64,000 bases of DNA, taken from the NCBI GenBank assembly GCA_053919585.1, contig CM132807.1; one strand, given 5' to 3'. Below, piece after piece: positions 25,268 through 38,400 of this stretch. The translations under genes and the position numbers were made by a program. Within the stretch, counting starts at the first letter, position 1, and the number at the start of each line of letters is the position of its first letter. Under the pieces are notes generated by a model. The model was not told the DNA's origin. It saw only the letters and a list, made by a program, of their open reading frames with translations, and did not search any database. The stretch comes from Euprymna scolopes (lineage: Eukaryota).

Positions 25268-28200
25268 GCTTTCTCCTTGTTAATTAATGTGCAACCAAGC
25301 ATAAACAAGTCTTTTTATAGCCCAACTTCTCATCTAAAATTGATCACAAATATGACACTTAAACGCTCTCCTTGCTTCAATGGTTGAATTGGATTTTACC
25401 ATGTTTCGTCAGATCGACAACTATAATAGATTCATCAAGAAATTCTTGTTGCATTACTAAAAATAAATCTATTTCTTTATTATCCTTAATTATATTTTTC
25501 TTTTTCACTCCAAACAAGGCATATTGCCACTTGGACATTAGGAGCTACTAATCAGGGTCATTTCTACAAGGGACTGCGGGGAATTTAAACTTCTGCATGT
25601 TAGTACAGTCAGAGAAGCAGGAAACAGGGAAGGAATTCCAAAGCCGAGGGAGCACAAGTGCTAACAGTTCATCAGAGCGCATTCCATTAAAGTACTTATA
25701 CAACATTGCAGTGATGGGACAGGGGTTGGAACTTGGCTGATAGTGCGGAACCTATTAAATTGGAGACTCGTTTTTTTTTTACCTTGTCTAAGAGGGAGAG
25801 ACTAGTGGTAGATTCACCAGCCTTAATTATTCTTATATAGAAGTATTAGTCTTTATCTTTGCTAGTTTATCAGTATCCTCTCCCCAAATGAGAAGGTAAT
25901 CCCTAGGAGAAGGATATCATAACAGAAAAGATACTACACTAGGCCCTCTAAATTGAGCATTAAAAGATAGTACAGTAGTGCATTAATAGAAGTAATAGTA
26001 TAGTTTCAGCTTTGGACAGAGGATGCTAAATCTCCATTAGTAATAAATATAGAAGTAAATCGACTTATTTTGCCATCTAATTTACATATGTGTTTGTGGT
26101 GTGTACATATCCATATGCATGCAAATTTGATGGGCATATGAAGAGTCACTCTTTTTCTAAATGCTCACTGAGACATTAAGAAATCTCAAAGAGTGGTTGA
26201 ATCAATGTATAATGTGTGGGGAAGTCGAAAGAAATACGTGATGGCTAGGAAAGAGATGGATGACTTCAGTTGATAATAAATTATGGCTAGAACAATTAAA
26301 GCATGTTTTCAAACATAACTCCATTCTAGAATTCTATAACGCTAGCGGGGATACCCAGTGTTGCCCGGGTGTGTTGAGGTGGTGTAGAAAGGACCCCCCC
26401 AAAAAAAAAAAAATGTGGTAGTAGCGGGAGGGTGGAATCAGAACAACAGTAGGCAACCCGGGTGGGAAGAGGTGTTAAAAAAAAATAGTGGTAGTAGGCA
26501 GGCAGGCTTGAACCCGTAATGGGAAGGAGAAAAAGGTTAAAAAATATGTAACGTCTTAGCCGATGTCTCCATGGAAGAACCAGAAGTCGTGAACTTGAAA
26601 TTAAGGCTAGTCAGTTGAAATGAGATGATGACTTGTGAAAATGTCAGCGGAAAAAGCGACCCCTCCTTGTAGAAAACTGCCCAGTTGAGGGTGAAGGAAT
26701 TAATGTTTTTGGCCAATTTTTTTTTATATTTGTTGTCCGAAAGATCGAGGTTTAAAATGATACCGGTTTTGTCACGTTCTGCCGCGTCTGTCGGAAGTTT
26801 TTGCGATACATACAAACACACACATATTTTGCCCTTTATATATTGAGATTTACTTCAGTTAACACCTAGAATCTTTGTGAAATCCAACTTAAAAAACTTA
26901 TATTAAAGCCAACCATATTGATGAATGTGCCTTTTTTAAAATGAGACTGTTTTTTATGGAAGTTAGGTAAAAATCTAAGTTTATCAAAATCTTGGAAGCA
27001 ATATATTAAGGGAAAGCATGCAAAAGTTTTTTAAATTAAAAAATGTTTTCTTTAAAAGTAGATGAAGACCTCAGTTAAATGTATACACCCAAGAAAAATA
27101 GAATTTTGCTTTTTTTTTTAAGGCAATTATGATTGATTTAGGAGCTGGATTTTCTCCACATTTAAAACTGACCCTGTGACTAAATCTGCCCTCATGAGGA
27201 GACAAGTAAATATTACAATGTTTTGTTAAAAAAAAAAAAAAAAAAAAAAAATGTGGAAAACTTTTTTTTTTTTTTCTAAGTCCACTCAAAAAAATATTCA
27301 AGCCCCCCCCCTCCTTAAATATACTTATGGAAATCGATTTTATTTGTTTCAAAACAACAGAATAAATTTTAATATTTATTTCAAAATACAGCATAGACTC
27401 TACTTAAAACTAGAAGTGTGAGTATCCACCCCCTCCCAATAAAAAAAAATACTGAGCTCCAATCTATGGTCCCGCCTTGCCAAACTTTCACAAGAAACAC
27501 CCGTCTAGCTGAAAACACTAGCAATAATTTCCCCGACTCTTTATCTGTGCCTAAACCTAAATGTAGATTCCATGAACAAAGCTTTTTTATTAGAACTGCA
27601 CGCCTGTGGAATTGTCTTCCGTTTTCCTGCTTTCCAGCTGACTACAATATGGTTGTCTTCAAGTCTAATGTAAACAAGTTTTTGGTGAGCCGTTCGATAT
27701 AAGTTAACAAATTTACCGAATCTCCATTACTAACGATTACTTTATTGTCCAATTGTTTACTGTACACTCTTTAACACTTATCCTCGAGGTGCCTCTTGAC
27801 CTTGATAAGTAGTGATGCCTTTGTAAAAAAAAAAAAAAAAAAAATTTTTTTTTAATTTTTTTGAAAACTGTTTAGGGGTATAGCCTGTATTTAAAATGGA
27901 GGGGGGGGATTATCTCGCTCCATCTTAATCCACCATTCTTGAAGTTTTCCTAATAGAATTGTTTTTGCTTTGTCATTTTTCCCCTATTTATTCATTTGGG
28001 CCATTTTTACTGTTGCCATTTTTTTTTTTATCAAACACTGTTTTTATATATGCATGGTGATACACAAAATTGCACGCATTAAGTTGTAAAACATCAACAT
28101 CAAGAAATAAATCGCATGTCACTGAAAATAATAACGCATCTTCTAATAAGCTGAAAAAAAAGATTAACGACACAAGAGAAATAATTGTACATTTATAAAG

Positions 28201-29112
28201 AGAAAATATTAAATGTTCCTATTTACTTGTGTCCCTATGAGGGCAGAGTTAGACACAGGGTCAGTTTTTAATGTAGGGAAAATTCAGCTCCCCAAAAAGG
28301 GGCACTCTGGATAGAAACAAAAATTAAAATTCTCAGTCATGAAGGATTTTTCCTCCACTGACTGAGTGCAGAAAAGGTGAAGTGTAGCATCAGAACAGAT
28401 ACTACACTGTGATCTTAGCCCGATGCAAATTTTATCAAAATAATCTCAGAAATAAATGAGTTATCACAAGTTGAAATTGAAAGGAATTTTACTATATTTA
28501 TCCATTTTCACATATTAAACTGGTTCTTTGTGGTACTTAAATTGAGCAAAACAAAAATTATGAAAATGGATGCAATTTAAACTAAACAAAGTTAAAATAT
28601 AAGAAAAAGAAAAGAAGCAAAATAAATTGTAATTTCTGTAAAACCTGGCAAATGTCAGTATGTAGTCGGCTCAAAGAATAAAAGACAGGGGTCGGGTCAG
28701 CTAAGAAGCTCAAAGCAGTGATTATGGTTGTGGATAAGATGGCAAGTTCCTGACTAAAAGAAGATAAGAAGGTAGGGATCAGTAGTTTAAAGAGTGGGGA
28801 GGGAGTTGGGTGTGCCCGGAGAGAAAAGAGGAGGAAGGTCAGTTCAATTTTTTTCTGTTTGTGGACGTGTGTGTGTAAAGTTACACACACATGTCCACAA
28901 ACAGAACAAAATTTAACTGACCTTCCTCCTCTTTTGTGTGTGTAAAGTTACACACACACACACACACACACACATGTATGTATACTAGCGCACACACCTA
29001 CAGTCTTATCAGGTTGCACAGATGGTACTGCAGTGCTTTAGAGATCAGTAGAAACACTTACATTAACTCTTATCCCTGAGTGGCTTCCGGGCCTTGATAA
29101 GTGGTGACCACC

Positions 29113-29148
<36 letters not shown>

Positions 29149-32100
29149 AAATGCATTCATTTAAAATCTATTTGTTCAAAACTCAAAGGAGACATCACAG
29201 ATATGGGCATTCTAACATAGTGATCATAGCTGCCCTCATAGTCCCAACCAATGTCATGTTCACTTTTTTTAATAGAATTGTTTGGAAGTCCAGCTATAGA
29301 TGGTTTGGTGCTACCAGATCAGGATGTCTGAACATAATGGGTTCCTGACCTAAAATGTACTAGACATGAATGTCACTGATATTTTTTTCTTTTCCTTTTG
29401 CAAAATTTAATCATATTCTGTAAAGGAAAAACAAAACCAATTTTTCTCTACAAAACAACCAAACCAAACCTGATGAATAAATATTTGATTGAAGCCACGA
29501 AGAACTTGAATCATAAAAACTTTTTTTACAAAATTACCAGATTCAGCATTAAATAACCCGAAAACGGTTGATATGCCGTAAAGCAAAACGGACAAATGGT
29601 CACTCAACAATGCTGATGGGCGAACTATATTCCAACTGCTGTTCTCTCTATCAACATTTCAAGCTGTTTCTTTTGTTGCAACAATGTCTCCAACATTTTG
29701 GGTGTGCAGCTCATCACCCAGAGTCAAAATTAATTTAACGTTATCCTCCCTACTTCTCTTTCTGAGTGGCACAAGCGTATTGACTGACAGCTGAGGAACT
29801 GGGGAACAACCATTATGGACTTGCCTGAGCTCTTAAGTTTACCGGTTTTTGGCTTTTGACATTAGAATTGGGATTAGTTAGCGACTTTGCTCATGACCAC
29901 TATGCATGGATCACATAATTTGAGATATGATGCAGGTGAGGATGAAACCACAACAAATACACATTTATTCATTAAGTTTTGAGAAAGTATGCATTCGTTT
30001 TGTTTGCTTTCAATAATTTGTACCTTGTTTCAGATTGACAGTTTCCAACAAACAGTTGGAGGTATTTTCACTCTCATGCTCATATCTTTTACGACTGTTA
30101 CCCACTTACACTGGAAAGTCTCCTTTATAGAATCTTATCCATTACGAAGGGCATGCAATAAGTAATGCCCCCGACCCACTTCCAGTTGTCTGATCTAGCT
30201 GAAATTTTCCATGTGCAATGATTTATATCTCTATGCGTTATGTGGTAAACTACAGCTCTGAACTAATTGTGGTTTCTGTTTTACAGGTGTTTGAACTGAG
30301 TCAGGTGTGAAATGGAGGCTGTTGAATGTCAAGCAGTGATCCGGTTTTTGTATTTGAAAGGGGCGAACACCACAGGAGACTTTTGATGAAATGAAAGAAA
30401 CTTATGGTGATAATGCCCCATCATATGACCTTGTAAAACGCTGGCATTGTGAATTCAAACCTGCCCCCCCCCCCTTCTGCCATTGATGAGGCATCTGTCC
30501 GTCAAGTTGAGGCTGCCATTTTGGAAGATCGGCACATTACTATTCGCCAAATAGCCCAAGATGTCAAGATTAGTACAAGGTCTGTGGAAACTATCATTCA
30601 TGACCATTTGCATATGCATAAGGTGTCTGCCAGATGGATTCCCAGGTTGCTCACACCATTCCAGAAACGAGAACGCGTTGAGTGCTCGAGGATGAATTTG
30701 GAGATGTGCCAAGAAGATGAGTCAAAGTTTTTCAAAAGACTGATTACACAGGATGAAACCTGGGTCCATTGCTATGATCCAGAGACCAAAGCCCAGTCAA
30801 TGCAGTGGAAGCACTTGAACTCACCACCTCCAAAGAAGGCAAGGGTGCAGCCCTCCACTGGCAAGGTCATGCTCACAGTCTTCTGGAACCAGGACGGAGT
30901 AGTGATGACAGATTTCCTGGCAAAGGGTACCACAATTACAGGAGCCTATTATGCTTCACTTTTAAGGAAATTAAGGGAAGCTATCAAAATCAAGAGGCAG
31001 GGCAAGATCAGCAAAGGTACCCTCCTCCTATAGGATAATGCTCCGGTTCACAACTCGCATGTCGCCAGATCAGAAGCACGGGCGTGTGGTTATGAAATCC
31101 TTCCCCATCCTCCTTACTCTCCTGACCTTGTACCCTCTGACTTTCATCTCTTCCCAACCATGAAGTTGATTTTGAAAGGAAAGCGTTTTCCAGATGATGC
31201 AGCTTTGATTTCTGAAGCCACATCGTGGTTGGAGGACCAACCTAGTGTTCTACAAAAACGGTCTCCAGAGCAGCATCAAATGATGGGAGAAATGCATAAC
31301 TCTGGATAGCTCCTATGTAGAGAAAGACTAATAACTGTGGCAAGTTTCATTGCTCTACTAGCACTATTATTTATTTTTGCTCTTGCAAGTATCTGTTATC
31401 TATTCTATATTTACTACCTGGGGGTGTGGTGGCTAAGTGGTTAACAACACAGACTGAAAACCTGAATGTATCAAGTTTGAATCCAGTTTACTCCACAGAA
31501 ACGCTTTCATGGAACCAACACTTGGTTTTTTGTCTAATCTCCTGGAAAAAAATATTATAAAGTTGAATCATTTATTGCACTGTGAGATCAAAAGGTCAAC
31601 TTTCTATTCACTATAAAGATAAATACCTAATATTTTGTCATGTCTGTGCGAACGTCTGAGGGTTAACTTATTTACATATTGCTTTGCAAAATGAAATCTC
31701 AATAATTAACTATCCTCCCTTTTTGTTGGATGATTGTTTTCATGTTTACTATTGCCCACAATGCCAGTGGAGAATATTTTCTATCATGGATGGATGCTTA
31801 GCATTTTGTGAAAAGAGAGCATTTTGGTCAATTTCTTTTGATGGAGTTGCAATTCTTGGCTTCAATTTTCTCAGACAACATAGTTGCCATTAATTTATTT
31901 ATTGCGGACTATTATTCTCATCCTTAAATGTTGTTTCACAACGTTTCAGCCAACTAGTCTTCTGGCCTTCGTCAGGTGGTAACCGCGACAGATAGGGACT
32001 TTGAATCTTCGGACTGCAGACGAAAGGCAGTAATTGCAGTGAATGCAGTCAGGAGATTCAGTCTCTATCCGTCGCGGTTACCACCTGATGAAGGCCAGAG

Positions 32101-35025
32101 GACTAGTTGGCCGAAATGTCGTGAAACAACATTTAAGAAAGATGAGAATAATAGTCCGCAATAAATAAATTAATATCAATAATACTCCTCTCAAAAATGA
32201 AACCACTGTCAAAAATTTTCCCCACTTTTTATCTGTGCCAACACCAAAACATAGATTCCATGAACAAAGCTTCTTTCTTAGAAGTGCACGCCTGTGGAAC
32301 TCTGTTCCGTCTGCCTGTTTCCCACCTGACTACAACTTGGATGTCTTCAAGTCCAACATAAACAAATTCCTGATGAACCGCCCCCTTAAGTAAGACACTT
32401 TATCAAATCTCAACACTAACGTACTGTACACGCAATAACCCTTATCCCCGAGTTGCTTCCAGGCCTTGATAAGTGGTGACCACCTTGTAAAAAAAAAAAA
32501 AAAATGAATTCCAATTAAAATAATATATATAAACATAGTTGTCCTCATGTTGTTACTAACGTTATCTAATTGTCCTCGTGTTATTGTTAATGTTATTTAC
32601 TGTATATTTCGGCGTATAAGGCGGCCGTCAGATAAGACGAGGTACAAAATTGGAGCAAATTTTCATAAATTTATCATATATCGGTTGTATAAGACATCTG
32701 CTAAATCATAAAACCATGTTTGTTTAGCCTAGACTAGAGATTGCAACACCCGGTATCTTATGAAATGTTTGTTTTTAAAGATGATTTCTTTTTACTTTAA
32801 GGGTTGTCTTATATGTCGAAATTTTTTTTTACATAGTCATACCCACTTATCAAGGCCAAGAGTCCACTCGAGGATAAGGGTTAAAGAGTGTACAGTAGAA
32901 ATTGGACAATATAGTAACCGTTAGTAATGGAGATTCGGTAAAAAAAAACGTTAGACTTGAAGACAACCATATTGTGGTCAGCTGGAAAGCAGAAAAACGG
33001 AAGACAATTCCATAGGCGTGCAGTTCTAAGAAAGAAGCTTTGCTCATGGAATCTACACTTAGGTTTAGGCACAGATAAAGAGTAGGGGGAAACTAGTGAT
33101 AGTGTTTTCTGCTAGATGGGTGTTTCTTGTGAAAGTTTGGCGAGGCGGGACCATAGAATGGAGCTCAGCCGAGCACCTGCCATGAAAATAACGATATACG
33201 TTAATTGTCCTCGTGTTGTTGTTAATGTTATTTAGTTAGAATGTGCTATATGAACAGTCTTCTATCCCTTAGATGGTTTAAATAAAGGGTTAGTTTGAAA
33301 TTACTGGAAGGTTACTGTCTATGAGAAAAAGCATCTGAAGAAGGTTGGAGAGTTGGAGAGTACAATGGCCAAAATTTTGTGGACATAACAATGAAGATAA
33401 TGAAAAGTCTAAATCATGAAAATGGTATCTTTGACATATCAAGTATTCACTGGCTTGATATGCCATAAATTAACCACCCATTAAAGTAAAATTTCCTTTT
33501 CTGTTTTACTTCCCCTTCCTCTCGCTTTTCTTTCCCTTTCATCACCTTTTTCCTCCCCTCCTTTTGTTCTATTTTCTCCTTTTACTCCTCCGCTTCCCCT
33601 CATTTTCTCTTCTGTTTTCTCCTTAATTTTATCAAAGAGTAATGTACACTTTTGTATTTTTTCTCTTATTTTAGGAGGTGCAGATGTGTGGCGTGTCACT
33701 GCGGAAGAAAGGGGCAAACATGATGCCCAATTCTTCCAGTTGAAGCCAATAAATGGCTTCATTACAGGTCTGTATCTTTTTCAAAATAATGTATGTAAAT
33801 ATTTAACATTCTCAGATATTTTCTACTTGAAATACTTGAAACATTAATTTGAAATAACATTTAATTCATGATTTTGTTGTAAACGCAAAAAATATTTCAT
33901 TTATTCATGTAGATTTGATAAATATTAACGTTTTGGTATTTCTGATACAAATTTATTTTTATGTGATTGGAAAGGAAAAGAAAGAAAAAAATACTTATTT
34001 CACTTTCGATTTAGAAATAGGTCACAGACATTCGAGAACAAATACTAAACGGTTGCCACAGAAATAAAGTAATAAAATTTTAAATCAATAACATAATTAA
34101 TAAAATGTTATTTATTGAAATATACTGAAATTAATTAACATTGCGATTGATATTGCATTTATATAAGCAATATGTTTTACAGATGGTGCATCTATTGTCT
34201 AAAGTTGAATTAACCTAGAATAGTGTTTTGACTTTACCATTAGTGTGAAAAGTAGCCCCAACTTTTGCATTTATTCATATATATCTATAATATAAAGCTG
34301 AACGTCTGGTGTGTGTCTGGTCACGAATAGGTTCCTATATGGTTGACTATTATAGAAAACTGATCATATATAATGATAGAAGATGTATCGAGACACAGGA
34401 ATGAGTATGTTTGATCTGGCATAATGATGATTCATTAAAATTGTGGGGTCTGCGTACTACGTGCCTGGTCCACAAAACATGGAAATAAAAATTTAAAAAA
34501 GTAAAAACGTTTACAAGTTTTTGATATAGATGTACATAATAATACTTTGATAAGTATGTTTTAACTTAAATAGGGATGGTATAATAAAATTGTGGGATCT
34601 GCGTTCGCGCCTGGCCTCCATAGAATAGAAATAGGCACAAACTTTAATAAAGACTTTTCATATCTATCTGCGTAAGTATACTTTGATAATTATGTTTCAG
34701 TTTGAAGAAATATGGTATAATAAAATTAGGGGGGGGGGTTCGTTTGCGCCTAACCTCCATAGAATGGAAATATGTCACAAAGTTTACAAAGGTTTTTTAA
34801 TATAGATCCACAGAATATTGTGATAAGTGTTTCAGTATGAACAGGTATGGTATAATAAATTATGGGGTTTATCTATTTTATTTTTACTTTCATCATATTT
34901 TGCTTTGGTTTTGATACCCCCAAATTTACAACCCTTCCTTTTCATAACCTATCATACTTTCATAAATCAGAGTCCATTTTCTGTAGGTTATTTTTGAACC
35001 CAGTCAACGACAGGTACTTTTGCTA

Positions 35026-35065
<40 letters not shown>

Positions 35066-35421
35066 ATTTTAAAAAGGCGAGAACAATGCAGAAAAGACCA
35101 GAGCCACAAGAGTAAAGAAAGGAAAAACAAACAGACGTAGACTGGTATGTTCAAGTAGAGAAATGTTTAGTTATTTATTCATTTATCACTCATCCTCTCA
35201 TTAAATAATCATCTGCAAACCAAGTTATTGGTATGTCCAGTGTATATAAAGTCCTTTGGTGGTATGGAACTTTGATTAATTTCAGGAGAAAGCACCTCCC
35301 CTTTTCAAAAAGAAAACGAGTGTATTCAAGATGGTGAAAGAGACCAGGATCGCATCAAGAGGCTAGAACTGCAGTAAGATGTGATTAGTTAATTCTGTAG
35401 GTAAATGGGGATAATTTTATA

Positions 35422-35465
<44 letters not shown>

Positions 35466-38400
35466 TTGGCTATATTTTATTATTTGTAATGTTGTTTATT
35501 TCCTTATTTTTTTATATTAGCAAATATTGTTATAGTTAAATTTATTATCCTATTATGATAATGTATTTTGTTTATTTGTTGTTTTAAAGTAGTGATGCAG
35601 CCAAGATTTTTTATAGTATCACAGTAAAATTTGGGTAACTTATGGTATAAGGGAAATAACTGTATTAAGCTTTATTTATTTCTATTTTTCCTTTTTTTAT
35701 TTTTAACTTGTTATAATTATATTGTATTGTTTATATTTTTATATTTATTTGTGTGTATATATATATATATATATAGATATATATATATATATTCTGCCAT
35801 TTAGGTTTCAAATCCTAGCATCAAAATGCTTGTCACATCAAATTACTTGAAGATCCATGATAAAAAAAAAATATGCTATATGTATTGGTCCACCGACTTA
35901 GTCGAATTTGGAACTTAGTTTATGTAAACATAATCTCGTTGATACACTGGTTCTCACCAGATCACCAAAGTTAAGCAACGTTGAACCGGGCTAATACCAG
36001 ATGGGTGACCATTTGGGAATTCTAGGTATGTATGTGCTCTCCGCTTATCTTGGCATTGTTTCTAGCTATCTTGAACCTCCACTTACCATTTGTATTTAAC
36101 AACACAACCCAGGAAAAGTGTGGTTGGAGATTGTGCAACTCTTGCCACAAAAATTCCATGTGCAGGCACCCTTAAAAAGTGGGTATCCATAGTCTGTCAA
36201 GATTGAAGGAAGCTACATATATATGCTTGTTAGATATGGATTGATCTCTACAGTAGTGGAAATAATGGTTTTTACTTAGCATTAAACAAGTCTTCTGTAA
36301 AGAATAGTTCCCTACGTTACTTGTAGCATGGGAAATGCGCACAAATTCCTGATGAACTGCCCCCTTAAGTAAGACACTTTATAAAATCTCCAATACTAAC
36401 GATTACTACGACACTATCCCATTGATTACTGTACACGCAATAACCCTTATTCCCGAGTGGCTTCCGGGCCTTGATAAGTGGTGACATCCATGTAAAAAAA
36501 CAAAACAAAGATCATACCTCTGTAAAGTTGGGAATTTTTCTCCAATTCTCCTGACTACAAATTGGTTGGTGTATTGCCACATAATAAATGCCATAGTATT
36601 GTGTCCTGCACAAGTTCTGACTTACTTCATGAGTGATTATTAAGCCAAAGCCTTCTATGCCAGCCAGTGAAGCACAAAAAGTGTTTTCCTGATTTAACAG
36701 ATGTTTTTGTTGCTTGTATCTACTTTCCATACTATATATAATCTATAAATCATTGTAAACTAAAATAAACAAAGACGACATAATTAATAGAAGAAAATAA
36801 ATAAAAGATATGTGAAACGGGGGAAAATATGCAGAAATTTACAATAACCACATTCCAAACTTTTCATCTCTTTTTTTTTTAAAGAGTGTCACCACTTATC
36901 AAGGCCCAACAACTAGTCAAGACTAAGGGTTAATGAATGAAGATTTTTATGTCTGTTTTTGCTGCTTAGATGTTGTTGGTGTTGTTGTTGTACAGAATTG
37001 ATATTGGTTCTGTTTTTTCTTGGTTAAATTCTGCTTCGCTAGCATTAACGTAAAGGCCAACCTTACTGGGCGTTTCTTTAATAAGATGGAACAATTTGTT
37101 AGCCTCATCAATGTTATCAGACAGTAAGCCATGGTTATTTGTGTAATCCATGTCTGGTATTTTTTTTTAGTGATGCGAGTTTCTTGTTCTTTGAAGGTTA
37201 AACTTCTGATCTATATTTAGATCAGCAGATGTCTGCAGGACATAATCGAGGCACGAGTTAATAAAAAAAGGAGCGAGCCTATCTCTTTGCAATACTCCTC
37301 CAACAACATTGAAAAACTCCTCTCCATTGGCAGATTGGGCCATTTTAAGCCAGGGTTGTTATACAGTATCATATTAATTGATATTGATTCTTGATCACAT
37401 ATTTTAACATAATCTCTTTGGATTTGCTCTGATAAATGAAATTATAGGCTTTAGAGAAATTGACCAACAAAGCTTTGCAGTTCTTAACCTTCAGTAATAT
37501 GGCAGATGGTTAAAATTTGGCCAACAGTTGATCTGTTCTGTCTGAAACTGTTTAGGTTTTTGCAGAGAATTTTCTGCAGTTGAGGATGAATGTAATTCAA
37601 TGAAAGAAATTTGTACATTTGTTGGGAGTGTTGTCCCTTGATAGTTTGTTTGGTGAATGCCTTTCTGTTTTGAAAAGAGGATGTATACAACCATAAAATA
37701 CATAATCTATCTTTTCACCATCAACGCTCTGATCCTCACTTGGCCCGAATTGAAATTAATGGCCCTCGCCTGCTTCAAGAAGCTTCTGGAGCTTACTTTT
37801 ACTCTTAACCTGAAATGAAAGACTTGCATCAAATCTGTTAAGATTACTGGAAAAATGGTTGGATCATTCTACTGTTCCAGAAACTATCTCACTTCTGATG
37901 CAGTCTTCTGTCAAATACGTTCTCAAATAGAGTACTGTTGCCATATTTGGGAAGAGTTGTTCAGAGCACCCTTTCCTACCTTGACATGGTTTAAAACCGG
38001 CTTTGAAATCTAATAGATTATCTCCCTTTTTTTTCCTTGTAGCCTCTTTCTCATAAGAGACATTGTGAGACTTTCTACTTTAATTATTATCTTCATGACA
38101 AGTGTTCAATTGAGATCTAATCTATGGTCCCCTTTCCCTGCAAAACAATCACAGCAAACAATCATCTAGCTACAGCTACTATCAACAATTTCATCCATTG
38201 TAACTGTGCATAAATCTAATTGCAAATTTCATGAATGTTCCTTTCCTAGAACGTCCCTTCTATAGAACTATGTATGCGGGTCTGCTTTTCAACTGACTAC
38301 AACATGGTTGTTTTCAAGTCTAATGTAAGCAAGTTCTTACATAATTAAATACTACCCAATTTCAACCACTACTGATAATCACGCTGTTGTCTCGCTGACC

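Noticed and set aside
30449-31033. Active transposase or SETMAR-like host gene
   Set aside because: Frameshifts, an internal deletion, a premature stop, no SET domain and no right TIR.
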